Source: a virus (taxonomy: Duplodnaviria > Caudoviricetes). Taken from it: a stretch of DNA of 64,000 nt. Below, in pieces: positions 23,187 to 36,980 of this stretch; position 1 is the stretch's first letter, and every line of letters begins with the position of its first letter. The notes under the pieces were generated by a model, which did not search any database, had not been told where the DNA came from, and saw only the letters and a list, made by a program, of their open reading frames with translations. Location of the stretch: IMG/VR virus record IMGVR_UViG_3300031555_002578. One strand, given 5' to 3'. A program made the position numbers and the translations under genes.

Positions 23187-23926
23187 CTATTTTCTAATCT
23201 ATAAAATCCATATACTGCTAAAGCAGTTAATGGAAACCAAAGAACCCAGAATAATCCTACATAAAAAGACCCATTAGATACTAGCATTTTATATGTTTCT
23301 TCTGTTGTTTGGTCATCATAAAAATTGGTGTTTTCTGGAATAGTATTGTCTTTTAGATTAGCAAAAATTGTACCTTTAAATTTTGTAGGTGTACCATAAT
23401 ATTTATATCTAATATGAGAAGATTCTTTGATTGTCTTAATATGGTCTGGAGAAGGAATGTCAAATTTAACAGAATCAAATACAACATCACTAAATTTAAT
23501 TTGTTTACAAGTTAGTTCATCTTGTCCTGCATAATCCCAAGTCCAATAATGTTCTGTTCTTGTCTGATAATGTTTTCCGACTTTATATCTAACAGTTCTA
23601 GTATGCATTGTATATTTTTCTTTTACTTTTTTAGCATACATATATTGTCCATCAATTTCTGGATAAGAAACAGTATCAACTGCTTCTAAATTTCCAAATA
23701 CAAATGCATTGCCAACATTTGTTTCCATACCATATTTAAATAAATCAGAATCTTCAATTTTGATTGCTTTATTGTATACTTCATTTCTATCAAGAATTGA
23801 ATCAGAAATTTTATTTGTAATCACTATACCAATCAGTAAAGATATAATAATAATACATATACTAAATAATATTTCTCTTTTTGTTATTTCTGTTCCATCT
23901 AAATTTCTTTTAACAACTTTACTCAT
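23174..23926 (-). CDS. Two-TM membrane protein associated with LemA
   Basis: N- and C-terminal TM helices; directly downstream of LemA. Confidence 0.7.
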   Translation of the reverse strand: MSKVVKRNLDGTEITKREILFSICIIIISLLIGIVITNKISDSILDRNEVYNKAIKIEDSDLFKYGMETNVGNAFVFGNLEAVDTVSYPEIDGQYMYAKKVKEKYTMHTRTVRYKVGKHYQTRTEHYWTWDYAGQDELTCKQIKFSDVVFDSVKFDIPSPDHIKTIKESSHIRYKYYGTPTKFKGTIFANLKDNTIPENTNFYDDQTTEETYKMLVSNGSFYVGLFWVLWFPLTALAVYGFYRLENRWLE

Positions 23927-23929
23927 ATA

Positions 23930-24478
23930 TTAATCCTCAAATAAGTTTGTAGGAGCATCTTCACTTACACCGTAATCTAAATATTCATAATCCATAATTT
24001 CATATCCTAGAATACCTAAGAAGTTTCTAGCAGGAAATTTTCTAACATATCTATTATATTCTTTGACTTGCTGATTGAAGTTTTCTCTATGTTCTGCAAT
24101 CATATTTTCTGTAATAGATAGTTCATTCATCAATTGTTTATAGTTTTCATTTGCTTTTAATTCTGGATATGCTTCTGCTACTGCGGTAATTGCTGTCATA
24201 GCACCTTCAATATCTCCTGCTTGTCCACGCATTGCAACAGTTTCTTTTAGCAGAGTTGCTTCGTGTTCATTATAGTCTTCTACGCAATCAACTAGATTAC
24301 CAATTAGGTCAATTCTTCTTTTTTCTTGCACATTAATTGCAGATTGTGCGGAATTTACCTGTTCTTCCAAAGAGAATGCCCTGTTCTGATATCCTTGAAC
24401 ACCAAACACAATAAATAGTGCAATAGCAACTACAATGCCTACAATAATACCAACCAATTTCATCTCAGATTTATTCAT
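23930..24478 (-). CDS. lemA: LemA family protein
   Basis: RRIDLIGNLV, AEAYPELKANENY, YNRYVRKFP. Confidence 0.9.
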   Translation of the reverse strand: MNKSEMKLVGIIVGIVVAIALFIVFGVQGYQNRAFSLEEQVNSAQSAINVQEKRRIDLIGNLVDCVEDYNEHEATLLKETVAMRGQAGDIEGAMTAITAVAEAYPELKANENYKQLMNELSITENMIAEHRENFNQQVKEYNRYVRKFPARNFLGILGYEIMDYEYLDYGVSEDAPTNLFED

Positions 24479-24493
24479 TTTAATTATCCTTTC

Positions 24494-25159
24494 TTATAAT
24501 AAATATGGTAATACTTTAATATACTTTTCTTTTAATCTATCTGTTAGTGTATCTTTTTGAGCAAAATGGTCTTTCATGTCAGCAAGTTTAACCCACCAAG
24601 CACATTGACCCCACATAGAATTTGTGTGTGCTTTAATTTTTTGAATATAATATAAATAATCCTCGTCTGGTTCTTTTGTTAATGTTTGTAGTGCAATAAT
24701 AAACATATTTTGCAATCTACCATTTACAGGATATGGAACATCATTTATATTGCAATTTGTATCTTCTATAATGTCATGCAAAATAGCAAGACACATACAA
24801 TCTAATCTATATTCTTCTGGAATTAACATATTGCATTTTACATATTCAGTAACTCGTTTTGCATGAGCAAAAGTTTCTTCATCATAATATTTAGATGCAA
24901 AACTCAGACAATTTTCATAATCTTTTTTCCAATTAATTTCTTCAATCATTGCGTAATTACCATCATCACCACAATACATTTTTGCTTCACAATATGTCTC
25001 TCCCATAGCATCCGTTTTCATAATACCCGTACCATAAGTAGACCAATCTATTGCCTGTCCATATTCTGTATCATGATAAACAAAGTAATTTCTTACATAT
25101 TTTTTACACATTTCTTTTTTAGAACAATTACTTCCTTTACATATTGCCATCGGTATCAC
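24494..25159 (-). CDS. HD-domain hydrolase (RelA/SpoT hydrolase / Mesh1-like) with Cys-rich N-terminus
   Basis: HAKRV, AILHDIIEDT, LTK, VKLADMKD. Confidence 0.8.
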   Translation of the reverse strand: MIPMAICKGSNCSKKEMCKKYVRNYFVYHDTEYGQAIDWSTYGTGIMKTDAMGETYCEAKMYCGDDGNYAMIEEINWKKDYENCLSFASKYYDEETFAHAKRVTEYVKCNMLIPEEYRLDCMCLAILHDIIEDTNCNINDVPYPVNGRLQNMFIIALQTLTKEPDEDYLYYIQKIKAHTNSMWGQCAWWVKLADMKDHFAQKDTLTDRLKEKYIKVLPYLL

Positions 25160-25179
25160 CTCCTAACTAAATATGTATA

Positions 25180-25608
25180 TTACTTGTGAATATATCTGTC
25201 TACTGGATTCATGTTATTTTTATCTTCCCAATATTTAAAATTTAAATAATTCGCAATATCTTCAAGGTCATTAAATACTCTTGCCCCATTTGATTCTACA
25301 AGTCTTTCTACAGCACAAAGACTATGATAAACTTGTTTATCCCATACTTTACCAAGAACACAGAATAAAGTTTTTTCTGGTCTTTTATTTGAATCATCTA
25401 CAACTTCTGCAATAGAATAAAATCCTTTCATCCCAGAAGTAATTACATATAATACATAATCTGATTCTTCTCTTTCTTTCACTTCACGCAGTCTATCTTC
25501 TTCATTCCAATTCTTTACAATAGGGTTATAATAATCACATTTAATCATTGGAATAAGTTTGTCACGCCACTTATATCCACTACAAGTACCACCTAAAAAT
25601 ACTTTCAC
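25180..25608 (-). CDS. Nucleoside 2-deoxyribosyltransferase-like protein
   Basis: VFLGGT..WR..YYNP..W..E..YSIAE pattern. Confidence 0.7.
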   Translation of the reverse strand: MKVFLGGTCSGYKWRDKLIPMIKCDYYNPIVKNWNEEDRLREVKEREESDYVLYVITSGMKGFYSIAEVVDDSNKRPEKTLFCVLGKVWDKQVYHSLCAVERLVESNGARVFNDLEDIANYLNFKYWEDKNNMNPVDRYIHK

Positions 25609-25737
25609 TTTATTCCTTCTCTCTATAATGTATAAAATTTTCTTCTTTACATTGGTTCATAGTGTAATCAACATCATCACCATATACTTCACAATACAAA
25701 TTGGTACAATGCACACATAATCTACAATCTACATTTT

Positions 25738-26610
25738 TCATAAACCTTCACCTACATAAATCAAATCATCAATATACTTTCTATCTTCACCTTTAAAAAT
25801 TGGAATATTCTTATCAATAAACCACTGACCTTCGCCAACTTCATTTGTCATCATTTTATTACCCCAAGGTTCTGAAACCATTTTATTTCTAATACAACAA
25901 GAACCATGTTTTTGATATGTAGGTAAATCGTTCCAGTTAATATTTTTCTGTGTTATCAGCATATCTTGAATCATATTACAAGATTTGCCTTGTAATTCTT
26001 TATGACTAAAATTAGCCTGTCCAATCATTTGAATAGAATTTCTTGTTGCATCTAACTGTCTCCAATAAACACAGTTTGTCACTTCTTCTTTGGGAATGTT
26101 AAAACATCTAGCATCAAACATGGCTTTGTTGACTTTTTCATAATAAACTTTATACTCTGCCTCTAATGCATCAAATTCTAATTGTGTACCGCCTTGGTCT
26201 ATTCCTCTTTCATGGAATTCTTTATAAAATTTGAAATCTACAATTTCAAGAAAGAATTTATTAAAAGCCATAGTTGCCATAGAAGCAGAAACACTGCACA
26301 TTTTTTGTACTTCATAATCAAACCATGCTTCTGATGTAAATTTCTGATAATCAATTAAAACAAGCGTAATTTCATCTGACTGTGTATAACCTAGAACACA
26401 ACCTTGAATATTTTCACAAAGATATTTCATTGTTTCTTGCATTGATTTAATTAATACTTCATCAAAAGGTTTCTTAAAACCTCTTGTAAATGTATGGAAT
26501 GCTTTCCCATCAAGTCGGATAATCACAGGTGTTCTTCTCATTAATTTTGTTTTTGGAATTTGTTCATAGAATGTCTTGATTCTAACTCCTAAATCATCGT
26601 TCACTGGCAT
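25738..26610 (-). CDS. tRNA(His) guanylyltransferase Thg1-like 3'-5' polymerase
   Basis: IRLDGKAFHTFT, YTQSDEIT, FDARCF, WRQLDATRNS. Confidence 0.93.
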   Translation of the reverse strand: MPVNDDLGVRIKTFYEQIPKTKLMRRTPVIIRLDGKAFHTFTRGFKKPFDEVLIKSMQETMKYLCENIQGCVLGYTQSDEITLVLIDYQKFTSEAWFDYEVQKMCSVSASMATMAFNKFFLEIVDFKFYKEFHERGIDQGGTQLEFDALEAEYKVYYEKVNKAMFDARCFNIPKEEVTNCVYWRQLDATRNSIQMIGQANFSHKELQGKSCNMIQDMLITQKNINWNDLPTYQKHGSCCIRNKMVSEPWGNKMMTNEVGEGQWFIDKNIPIFKGEDRKYIDDLIYVGEGL

Positions 26611-26614
26611 ATTA

Positions 26615-28571
26615 TCATCTCCTTAATATTAATTTCATATATAATTTTATATATAATTCTTGATACCATTTAAGTTTGATGCCTAACATTTCTTCACAAA
26701 ATTTATACGGATTTCTTTTATAATAATCAATTCTTTCTTGATGTATAAACTTATCTAACTCAGAATAATTTTTATTCATTACTACTTCCTCCGATATTAG
26801 TAGGCATTACATCTGTTTTTCTTTGTAACCAATCTACCCACTCTTGTGAGGTTATTAAACAGCAACTACTTTGACTAACATAAATTGTTGCAGGAATAGG
26901 CACATACATATCTGGGTAATTCTCTTTATATTTCTCCCATTGTTCTGGCGTTCCACATCTACCAAAAATTTTTGCACTCATTTATTCAACCCCTCATACA
27001 TATATTTATATTCTAATAATTGTTGATATAATTTCTTAGAGATTGTAATATGCTCATCAGTATCGTAAACACAAAATACTACTTCTTTTTTACCGTCCAT
27101 TCTAGGCACTTCATATCCGAAAAATCCGTCTTCTTCAAACTTATTCATCTTAATAAAATGTTGGAATACTGCGTCTACAGCATTATCAGTTACATCTATT
27201 CTTGTCTGCGTATTCATAGTGCCTTGCTTTTCATTTACAGTTGCCCAATAAATTGTATTTGAAATTGGAGCAACAACTAATTTTTTCATATGCATTACCT
27301 CATTGTAAGTCTATGGTATATTCATTTGTTACTGTTTCATCTGGAACATAAATAATATAATATTCTGTTTGTTCTACTTCTCTAGGTTCTAATGAAAATA
27401 ATCCTTGCATCCAATTTGGAATCTCTCTATAAGATTGATGCACTTCAATTTTAGGATAACCTTCATATTCTTTAATGTAAGTTTTATTTGCAGGTATATA
27501 TCCAACCTTTTCTCCATGAGTTGAATTTCTAGCAAAATAATATCTCATTTCTCCATCAATAGTTATTCTTGAATAAAACATTCCACTAGAACCAGAGCCA
27601 ACGGTAGTAATATTATCTTGTAGAGCATTAATCTTAAAACTATAATGTGTTGTTTTTTCTGGACAAAACTCTATAGCAATACATGAAATCATAAATACAA
27701 TTATTGCATCTAAAATTATTCCCATGAATATAGAAAATCCAACATCAAACGAATCATAATGCGGTTCTACTGTATATAACCAATAAATAAATGCTCCAAC
27801 TATTAATAATCCTATAAAAAATGCTAACATATAATCACCTCATATATTTATTCGATATAAAAATAAGAAAGCCACCCTATAAATGAGTGGCTAACTTATT
27901 ATGTATTCGTTATATAATTATGTTCTAATCTAGCGTTTTTAACAGTATATTCTACCATTGTAACGCCATATTTTTTCAGCCATTTTTTATTAATTCTTTT
28001 CTTTTTATGTTTTCTAACCTGAACAGGAATTTTAAAAGTTACATCAACTTCATTTGAATCTCCTACTGATTCACACATTCTTTTTACTAATTCTTTATCA
28101 AATGATGCTTTTTCAAGTTCTATTGTACTTTTATAATCCATAAAACTAATAAGTGGAATTCCATCATGATTGTAAGCATATTCTGGACGATATGTAATTT
28201 CAAAATTAGAAATATTAACATCAGTCAATTCTTTATCATCAATATACATTTTACAATTTTTAAACACTTTAATCCTCCAAATTATATAAAATCACAGGTG
28301 TTTTATTTCCCATGTATGGTAATGCTCTTAAAACATTATAGTCAATCCAATCAACTGCTTCTATTTCAGAAAATTCTTCTTCATCCATTAACCAACGTAC
28401 CATTTTATCATAATCATAAACTGCTCTACCCTCATCAGACATACCAACAAAAGCATCTGCAAAATCATAATTGTCTAAAATAATTACATCATCTGACCAT
28501 CCATTATCTCTAATTTTATCAATAATATCTTTAACGGTCATTGCTCCATCTCCTTGTATTGATAGAACCAT
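26615..28571 (-). CDS. Small hypothetical genes (26615-26779 not in track, 26772-26981, 26978-27295, 27300-27830 membrane protein, 27899-28267, 28269-28571)
   Basis: Coupled ORFs with RBS. Confidence 0.65.
27859..27892 (-). terminator. Intrinsic terminator
   Basis: AGCCAC/GTGGCT hairpin followed by a U-rich tract on the minus strand. Confidence 0.65.
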
Positions 28572-30730
28572 CTTCTTAAAGTTACAATATCTGTTGGAAT
28601 CAAATCTCTATCCTCACCATCATGTAACTTCTTAACATAAGAATAGAATTCATTTGCTAATGGAGTTGTTAATGCAGAAGTTTTCATTGTGTATCCTTTT
28701 CTTAGTGTTTCATGAGAAATTCCTCTCATAAATTTCCAAAAATTATAATATGCAAGTTTTAGTTTTGTCATATATCCATTACTATCTTCAATAACAAATC
28801 CTTCAATATTTGTATTATTGTAATGATAGTCATTTGTAATTACTTCGTAGTACCAGTCATAGAATTCTTGCCATGTAGCAATCTCATAAGCCTTTTCTTT
28901 ATGGATTAATCCAATTTCATTTGCAACATTACACATATCTTCATAACTATATTTTTTAAATTCTAATTGATTATGAATAATATCTAGTAAGATAATTTTG
29001 CTTTCAGTATATTCAATGATATGAGGGTCATTTACAATATCAATTACTTCAAAAGCAAATGTTACATTATGCTCTTTAGAATATTGTTTAATTTTTTCTA
29101 ATTGCTCCCCAGTATGTTTTCTAGCAAGAATTTCTTTAAACCATATAGCATAATCACCATCAATATTAGATTTAGTTGTTACAAGTAAATTATCTTCTTT
29201 TTCATCATATCCAACTAATCCAAGATATCCATTTTCTTTAACATATACAGTAATAGGGAATTGTAATTTCCTCTGAAGATTTTCAATTTTAGTTTCTTCC
29301 ATCTCGTTAATATTAAAGAATTTCTTATAACCACGACATAAAACCTTCATTTTTTCATTATCAATATATAGCCCTCTTGCTTGAATAGTCTGTTTATTCC
29401 ACACTTTTTCATAGAAAGCCTGTTTTGTAAAATTAAAAGAAGAAATATGTCCAAATGTTTTTTCTGTAATATATTTGTTTTCTCTCATTTCCAGAATAGC
29501 ATCTGCTACATCTCCATTTAGATAATCTTTTTCTGTTTCATCTGGAATTCTAAATACTGGATTTGGAACAGAAATACCTTTAATTTCTTCATGAGTAATT
29601 TCTAAACATCTTAAATCTCCACCAAATTCTACATGACCTTCTAAATTAAACACTCTATCGTTTACTTTAATAGGTAAACGTTTTGTATTTCTATGTCCAT
29701 GAATCTGATAAAAATTATTTGGAGTTGTGTTAACCCAAGTATTTGCAATTACTTCAAAATCTTTGAAATCTCCTGCACCTTGCATCATTTGTTCTGTTGA
29801 AATAAATGTTAGAGGTTCGGTCATTGTTGCTAAACCTGCGTGAGTAACCAAAAAGAATTTATCATCATATTTGAAAAATGCACACTGAGCAAATTTTCTA
29901 TACAATTGACGAATATCTTTCTTATCAATTTCTGCATCAATTAATTGTTTCTTAGTTACAAATTCAAACTCCTTAGACATTGTGGTTTCATTATTTCCAT
30001 ATTTTCTAAGGAATTTTTCATGATTACCTTCCAGTAATAAAACATTTTTTTTATCTTTAATATTAATTAAAAATTTAACTACATCTCCATTTTCAAGTCC
30101 TCTATCAATATAATCACCTGTGAAAATATAAAATTCATCATCTTTAATTTCATCTTTTAAATAATATTTTAATACTGTATAACAACCATGAATGTCACCA
30201 ATAACATGAATTTTGCTATATTCAGAGAAATCAATTGGATTCATCCAAATAGTACTTAATTCATTTGGCTTGATTACTTTAATACCAGAAGGAACTTTTT
30301 GTGTTTTAAATCTTGAATACATTTTATCAATTGCTTCTTCTGGAACTTGTTTCAGTTCTGGACGCATTTTATTTCTTCTTTTAACTTCTTCAATAGAAAC
30401 ATCTGTAAAGTCAACACAATAAATACGATAACGATATTCTGAACACAGTTCTTTATATCTTGTCATTTCAGAAGTTTTGGAATTTGTTGCATCAATAACT
30501 GTAAATTCGCCATTCTTCATTCTTTCTTCAAGAATTTCAAATAATGTATTCCATACCTTTTTATCTTTGTTTGGAACGATTTGAAATTTACCATTAGCCA
30601 TTTGACAAGGACTTTGATACATCATTCTAATGTCATCGGCAGATAATGTATATGGTTTTAATCCGTTTTCTTCAATCCATGTAGATTTTCCTACACCTGC
30701 TGAACCTCTTAATAATAATAATACTCTCAA
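28538..30730 (-). CDS. Polynucleotide kinase - metallophosphoesterase - RNA ligase fusion (PNKP-like RNA repair enzyme)
   Basis: GSAGVGKST and IDATN (kinase); GDIHG, GDYIDRG, GNHE (phosphoesterase); KFFN, KENG, EGFV, KLK (ligase). Confidence 0.92.
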   Translation of the reverse strand: MRVLLLLRGSAGVGKSTWIEENGLKPYTLSADDIRMMYQSPCQMANGKFQIVPNKDKKVWNTLFEILEERMKNGEFTVIDATNSKTSEMTRYKELCSEYRYRIYCVDFTDVSIEEVKRRNKMRPELKQVPEEAIDKMYSRFKTQKVPSGIKVIKPNELSTIWMNPIDFSEYSKIHVIGDIHGCYTVLKYYLKDEIKDDEFYIFTGDYIDRGLENGDVVKFLINIKDKKNVLLLEGNHEKFLRKYGNNETTMSKEFEFVTKKQLIDAEIDKKDIRQLYRKFAQCAFFKYDDKFFLVTHAGLATMTEPLTFISTEQMMQGAGDFKDFEVIANTWVNTTPNNFYQIHGHRNTKRLPIKVNDRVFNLEGHVEFGGDLRCLEITHEEIKGISVPNPVFRIPDETEKDYLNGDVADAILEMRENKYITEKTFGHISSFNFTKQAFYEKVWNKQTIQARGLYIDNEKMKVLCRGYKKFFNINEMEETKIENLQRKLQFPITVYVKENGYLGLVGYDEKEDNLLVTTKSNIDGDYAIWFKEILARKHTGEQLEKIKQYSKEHNVTFAFEVIDIVNDPHIIEYTESKIILLDIIHNQLEFKKYSYEDMCNVANEIGLIHKEKAYEIATWQEFYDWYYEVITNDYHYNNTNIEGFVIEDSNGYMTKLKLAYYNFWKFMRGISHETLRKGYTMKTSALTTPLANEFYSYVKKLHDGEDRDLIPTDIVTLRRWFYQYKEMEQ

Positions 30731-30908
30731 CTTAATTCATCTCCTTATTACCAAAAACCGCCCCATTTAAGGATAGCAATACTAATACCAACACTTAATA
30801 GAGAAGTCCAAAAACTATATTTATCTGTCTTTGGCTCTCCATGCTTAACCATCCCAATGCCGATATTCATACCATAAATAATACACATTGCAATTTGAGC
30901 ACCATTCA

Positions 30909-31828
30909 TTATTCTATCTCTCCTTTATATTTATGGATTTCTTCATTCACTTGATTCTTACTTCCACAATTAGGGCAGTAATTTTTAACTACTTTCGTCC
31001 AATCTATCCCATAACCACATTCTGAACATTCAAATCCAGAAATAACTCTCTTGCTTGGGAAGAATTCATGTTGTACAAAAACTTTAATCCATTCACCATT
31101 ACTAGGTGATGTTTCTAACTCTTGTTCTTCTAAACATTCCAAAACAAGTTGCAAAGATTTTCTACCTAAACCATGACAATGAATAAGTGAATCTGCAAAT
31201 TTATTTTTATCAACTAATTCTCTCATTTGTAACCAACCCTTTTATAAATTTCTTGAATTTTTTCATTTGCTTCTTCTTGTGTTAAGAAAATATCTTGTCC
31301 AAGTCTATAAGAATAACCAGATGTATAATACATTTGGGATGCAATTAGATGTGATGTGTCATCAAAATTATCTGTCTGCTCATGAATTTCCCAAACAATA
31401 TCTCCTTCTTCTGGAAGTTTAAGTTTCTGATTCTCTACTGTTTTATCATCTTGTTTATTTAATTTTAATTCTTTTTCTCTACATTCTCTGCAATGTGATT
31501 GAGGGATATTCTTACCATCATTCATTCTCCATCCAAATTCTTTTTCAATCAATGTACGTTTGCGAACAATTTTCCCACATTTGGGACATTTTGTCATATG
31601 TACTTTGCTATCTTCATTTAATTTAAAATATTCATCAACATAATCACCAAGCATTTCATTAATAAGTGATTCTAGTGTTTGATTATTTCCTTCTTTAGAA
31701 AGTATATAATCAACATCTTCTTTTAACATACGATTCATTGTAAAAGTAATTTGTGGGTGTTTTTTCTTACTCATAAAACCTCTCCTTATTAAGTTTATAT
31801 AATATAATTCGACAAATAAAAATAGCAC
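30909..31828 (-). CDS. Two zinc-finger hypothetical genes (30909-31226; 31223-31828, likely start MSKKKHP at 31774)
   Basis: CSEC..CPNC and CPKC..CREC; AAGGAGAGG RBS. Confidence 0.7.
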
Positions 31829-31852
31829 CCACCCATAAATATGAGTAGGTGC
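31817..31852 (-). terminator. Intrinsic terminator after groEL
   Basis: GCACCTACTCAT/ATGGGTGGGTGC hairpin with G-U pairs, then U tract. Confidence 0.75.
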
Positions 31853-31858
31853 ATCAAA

Positions 31859-33759
<1,901 letters not shown>

Positions 33760-33780
33760 TTTAAATCTCTCCTTTTTAAT

Positions 33781-35326
33781 TTAATCCCAAATACCAGTTA
33801 CATTTGTTCCATTGATGCTATGTTCAACAGAAATCGCAATGATATCTCTAGGTGGGGTACTTAATACATATCTTGTATTTTCTTTTGTTTTTGAATTAAT
33901 TTTTGCTAATGCCAATACTACTTTTCCCATTGCTTCTTCATCGTTATTAGCATCAACAAACAAAGTATGGTTAGATGCTTCGTTAGAATAAAACCATTCA
34001 CCATCTGATAATCTTTGTTTTCTGTGTGTAGCCATATACAAACCCATTTATCTCACCTCACAAATCATTTATTAAAAAATTTATTTATAGTAACGCCACT
34101 TTCCATTTTAGTAAATTCTTTTAATGGCATTTTTCCACCATGTTTATATTCGATACTTTTAGTTGTCATGTCATCTGAAATCATGTAGTATGTATTATGT
34201 TCAATTTTTGTAATCAAATATAATTTTCCATTTGGAAGATATGTAATTACATCTCCTTCTTTTACAACACTATAATTTATATAATGCTCATAAATAGAAA
34301 TTGTTTCTTCCATACTATATTGATAAACAATTTGACCAATCAGTTCTTCACGATTCTTAAATCTATCTGATTCATCAAAACCAAACATTTCTAAAATTAC
34401 ATAGTAATCAAGTTTGTGAAGTTCTTCTAATGTATTGTAATATGTAAAATCTGATTTATTATTGTTTGCAGATGTCGTTCTTTTTTCTGGATAAAAAGTG
34501 CATTTAGATTCATTTCCTTCACAATCACATGATTCACGTTCTTTAGTGCCATAGCAAACATCTTTTCCATATTCTTGCTTATAACATGAACATTTCCCTG
34601 TGATATATGGTGATGTACTTGGATAACATTCCCAAGTAGTTACTATTGCTTCTTCTGTACAAGCATAATCATCTCCATATTCACCATTACCTAAGTTAAT
34701 ATCTATAGAATATTGAAATTCTTCTATTTCATTTACGCCAACAACAGTTGCTTCTAATAGTACTCTATCTCCTTTTTTATACTTCACAATATATTTTCCT
34801 TTCTATCTTATGTATTCACTCTATATGTTCCATATTGTTAACTGGAATAAAATGATTACACTCTACTTTTACTACAAGTGTAGATAATCTTTCCATATAT
34901 GTTTTACCATTACAGAATTCCATATTTGCTAAATCATTTCTGAACAATGATACATCAGACTTGATTCCACAAACTTCATAACTAATACATTGTTCACAAT
35001 CTGGTCTTACAAATTTCAAAATAATCACCTCATTTCTTATTTCCTAATTCGATAAACCAATAAAAAAATCTCACTAAATAAACTACTATTGCACAAATTA
35101 AAAATGAAATTATCATAGAAGGTAAAAATATTAAATTTGCCATAATCATTTGTAGTTTGCCAAAAGCATTTTTATTGTTCCATTTATATGTGAAATTAAT
35201 AAAAGTGATTTCTGGAATAAATTTATTATTTTGACAATATATATTTGTAAAAATATCAATGTAATGTCCACAAGCAACAAAAGATAATGTTATATATATA
35301 AATATATATAAAAAATTATTATACAA
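33781..35326 (-). CDS. Four hypothetical genes (33781-34047, 34065-34787, 34816-35028, 35030-35326)
   Basis: ORF track and operon packing. Confidence 0.65.
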
Positions 35327-36368
35327 AACCTTTCACCACTCTCTCGTTAACAGACATTACAAATTCATCAATCGCATTGTAATCTGGTTTTTCTGGTAAA
35401 GAAGTATGTTCTTTTGCGTATTCCAAACGCTTTTCTAATTCATCAACCATTTCATAAAATTCTGAAATAGGTTGTCTATTGTCATCTAAATATTTGCCAT
35501 TTCTTAAATCCATCAATAATTCATGCTCTTTTTCTCTATATGTAATGATTTCTTCTTTTTCAAGAATATCAAAGCACATATAATACAGTCTAACTAAATG
35601 TGCCATATGTTTTCCAAGTTTATCATGAGCAATGGCATTTTGATTTCTTCTTCCGACTTTAGAATATTCCTTCACAATATTATTCATTTCAGACCACATA
35701 GCCTTATAGTCACGCAAAGGATAATGTTTAAGATTAATGTCCATGAAAATTTCTTTATCAAAATCTTCATTAATTGAATCATCTAAATACAATTTGATTT
35801 CATCAGAATCATATGCAAAAAACTTTTCTGGGAACATATATTCTGCATTTTTAATAGAATTCAGAATATGTTGTTCTCGTTCTGCCTGTTCCACTAATCT
35901 TACTGCTTTATTATCCAAACGCCGTAACTGGGAATTTGCATATCCTCCAAAAGAATGAACTGCTTTCTTTGATAAAAACAATCTTTTATTGGATAAAATT
36001 TCCTCTCCAATGGGGTGTAAATACAGATAATGCTCCGATTTTAGCCCCAAAAGTTCACAAGTATTAGGATTTAAGTCACATAATAACTTAATAATTTTGT
36101 TGAAAGAATAAATTACTGTATCAGTATCTTTATGTTCTACTTGTTCAAAATTTTTTCTTGTTAAAATCTCAGATTTTTTATTTAATGCAATACCACGAAT
36201 GTCGATATCAGATTTCCCATCAATATTCATTCCATAAGAATAGCTGCCACCAACACCAAGTAGAATAATGTTATCTCCAAGATGTTCATTTGTTCTAAGA
36301 AAATCATATTCTTTAGATTTAATTACTTCTTTAAAGTTCACATATTTCACTCCCCTACAAGAATCCAA
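35319..36368 (-). CDS. DNA polymerase beta-superfamily nucleotidyltransferase
   Basis: GGSYSYG..SDIDIRG, NPN..ELL, KHMAHLVRL. Confidence 0.85.
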   Translation of the reverse strand: MDSCRGVKYVNFKEVIKSKEYDFLRTNEHLGDNIILLGVGGSYSYGMNIDGKSDIDIRGIALNKKSEILTRKNFEQVEHKDTDTVIYSFNKIIKLLCDLNPNTCELLGLKSEHYLYLHPIGEEILSNKRLFLSKKAVHSFGGYANSQLRRLDNKAVRLVEQAEREQHILNSIKNAEYMFPEKFFAYDSDEIKLYLDDSINEDFDKEIFMDINLKHYPLRDYKAMWSEMNNIVKEYSKVGRRNQNAIAHDKLGKHMAHLVRLYYMCFDILEKEEIITYREKEHELLMDLRNGKYLDDNRQPISEFYEMVDELEKRLEYAKEHTSLPEKPDYNAIDEFVMSVNERVVKGFV

Positions 36369-36658
36369 ATAGTTCTTTTCTTACTTACTTTGTATTTATC
36401 AATAAACATTGGTCTATCCAATAACATCATTAAATCTTTTCGATTTCTACGAATTTCACTCACTGATGGATATATACCAAGTTCAACTAAAATTTTAGGC
36501 AAAAATCTTTCTTCTGTGAAAAATGTTTTTTCTTTTTCAACATTCTCCCAATCTTCTTCATCTAAAGCGAACATATCTACAGGAGATGCAATAGGTTTTC
36601 CAATTACAATATTTTCAATGTATGCCATAATATCACTCCTTGTCTTTATTAAAAGCAA
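36347..36658 (-). CDS. Small protein with S4-like RNA-binding motif
   Basis: LPKILVELGIYPSVSEIRR resembles the S4 helix pair of TyrRS C-termini. Confidence 0.4.
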   Translation of the reverse strand: MLLIKTRSDIMAYIENIVIGKPIASPVDMFALDEEDWENVEKEKTFFTEERFLPKILVELGIYPSVSEIRRNRKDLMMLLDRPMFIDKYKVSKKRTIWILVGE

Positions 36659-36938
36659 TTATATTAATACCTTCTATTATTAAAGTAATAGTTGTATACA
36701 ATAACACAAAAATAACTATTATTAACAATGGTGGTAGGAAGAAAAGAGTTATAATAAAAATGATTATATATCCCAATATATTTGCCCTTTTAAATAAATC
36801 ACAATATGTATCAATTAAGTCTTGTAAATCAAATATTTCTAATATAAATGTTACAATTACTCCTGTAAGAGAACTTACAAACAACCATATGATGATTCCA
36901 AGAAATATTATTTCATTCATAAATTTCCCTTCTTTCAT
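36633..36938 (-). CDS. Small membrane protein
   Basis: Strongly hydrophobic 101-aa ORF. Confidence 0.6.
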   Translation of the reverse strand: MKEGKFMNEIIFLGIIIWLFVSSLTGVIVTFILEIFDLQDLIDTYCDLFKRANILGYIIIFIITLFFLPPLLIIVIFVLLYTTITLIIEGINIIAFNKDKE

Positions 36939-36970
36939 AAAAATAGCCCATAGAAAAATACTATGGGCTA
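36939..36970 (-). terminator. Intrinsic terminator
   Basis: TAGCCCATAG/CTATGGGCTA perfect 10-bp stem plus U tract. Confidence 0.8.
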
Positions 36971-36980
36971 AATATCACAC

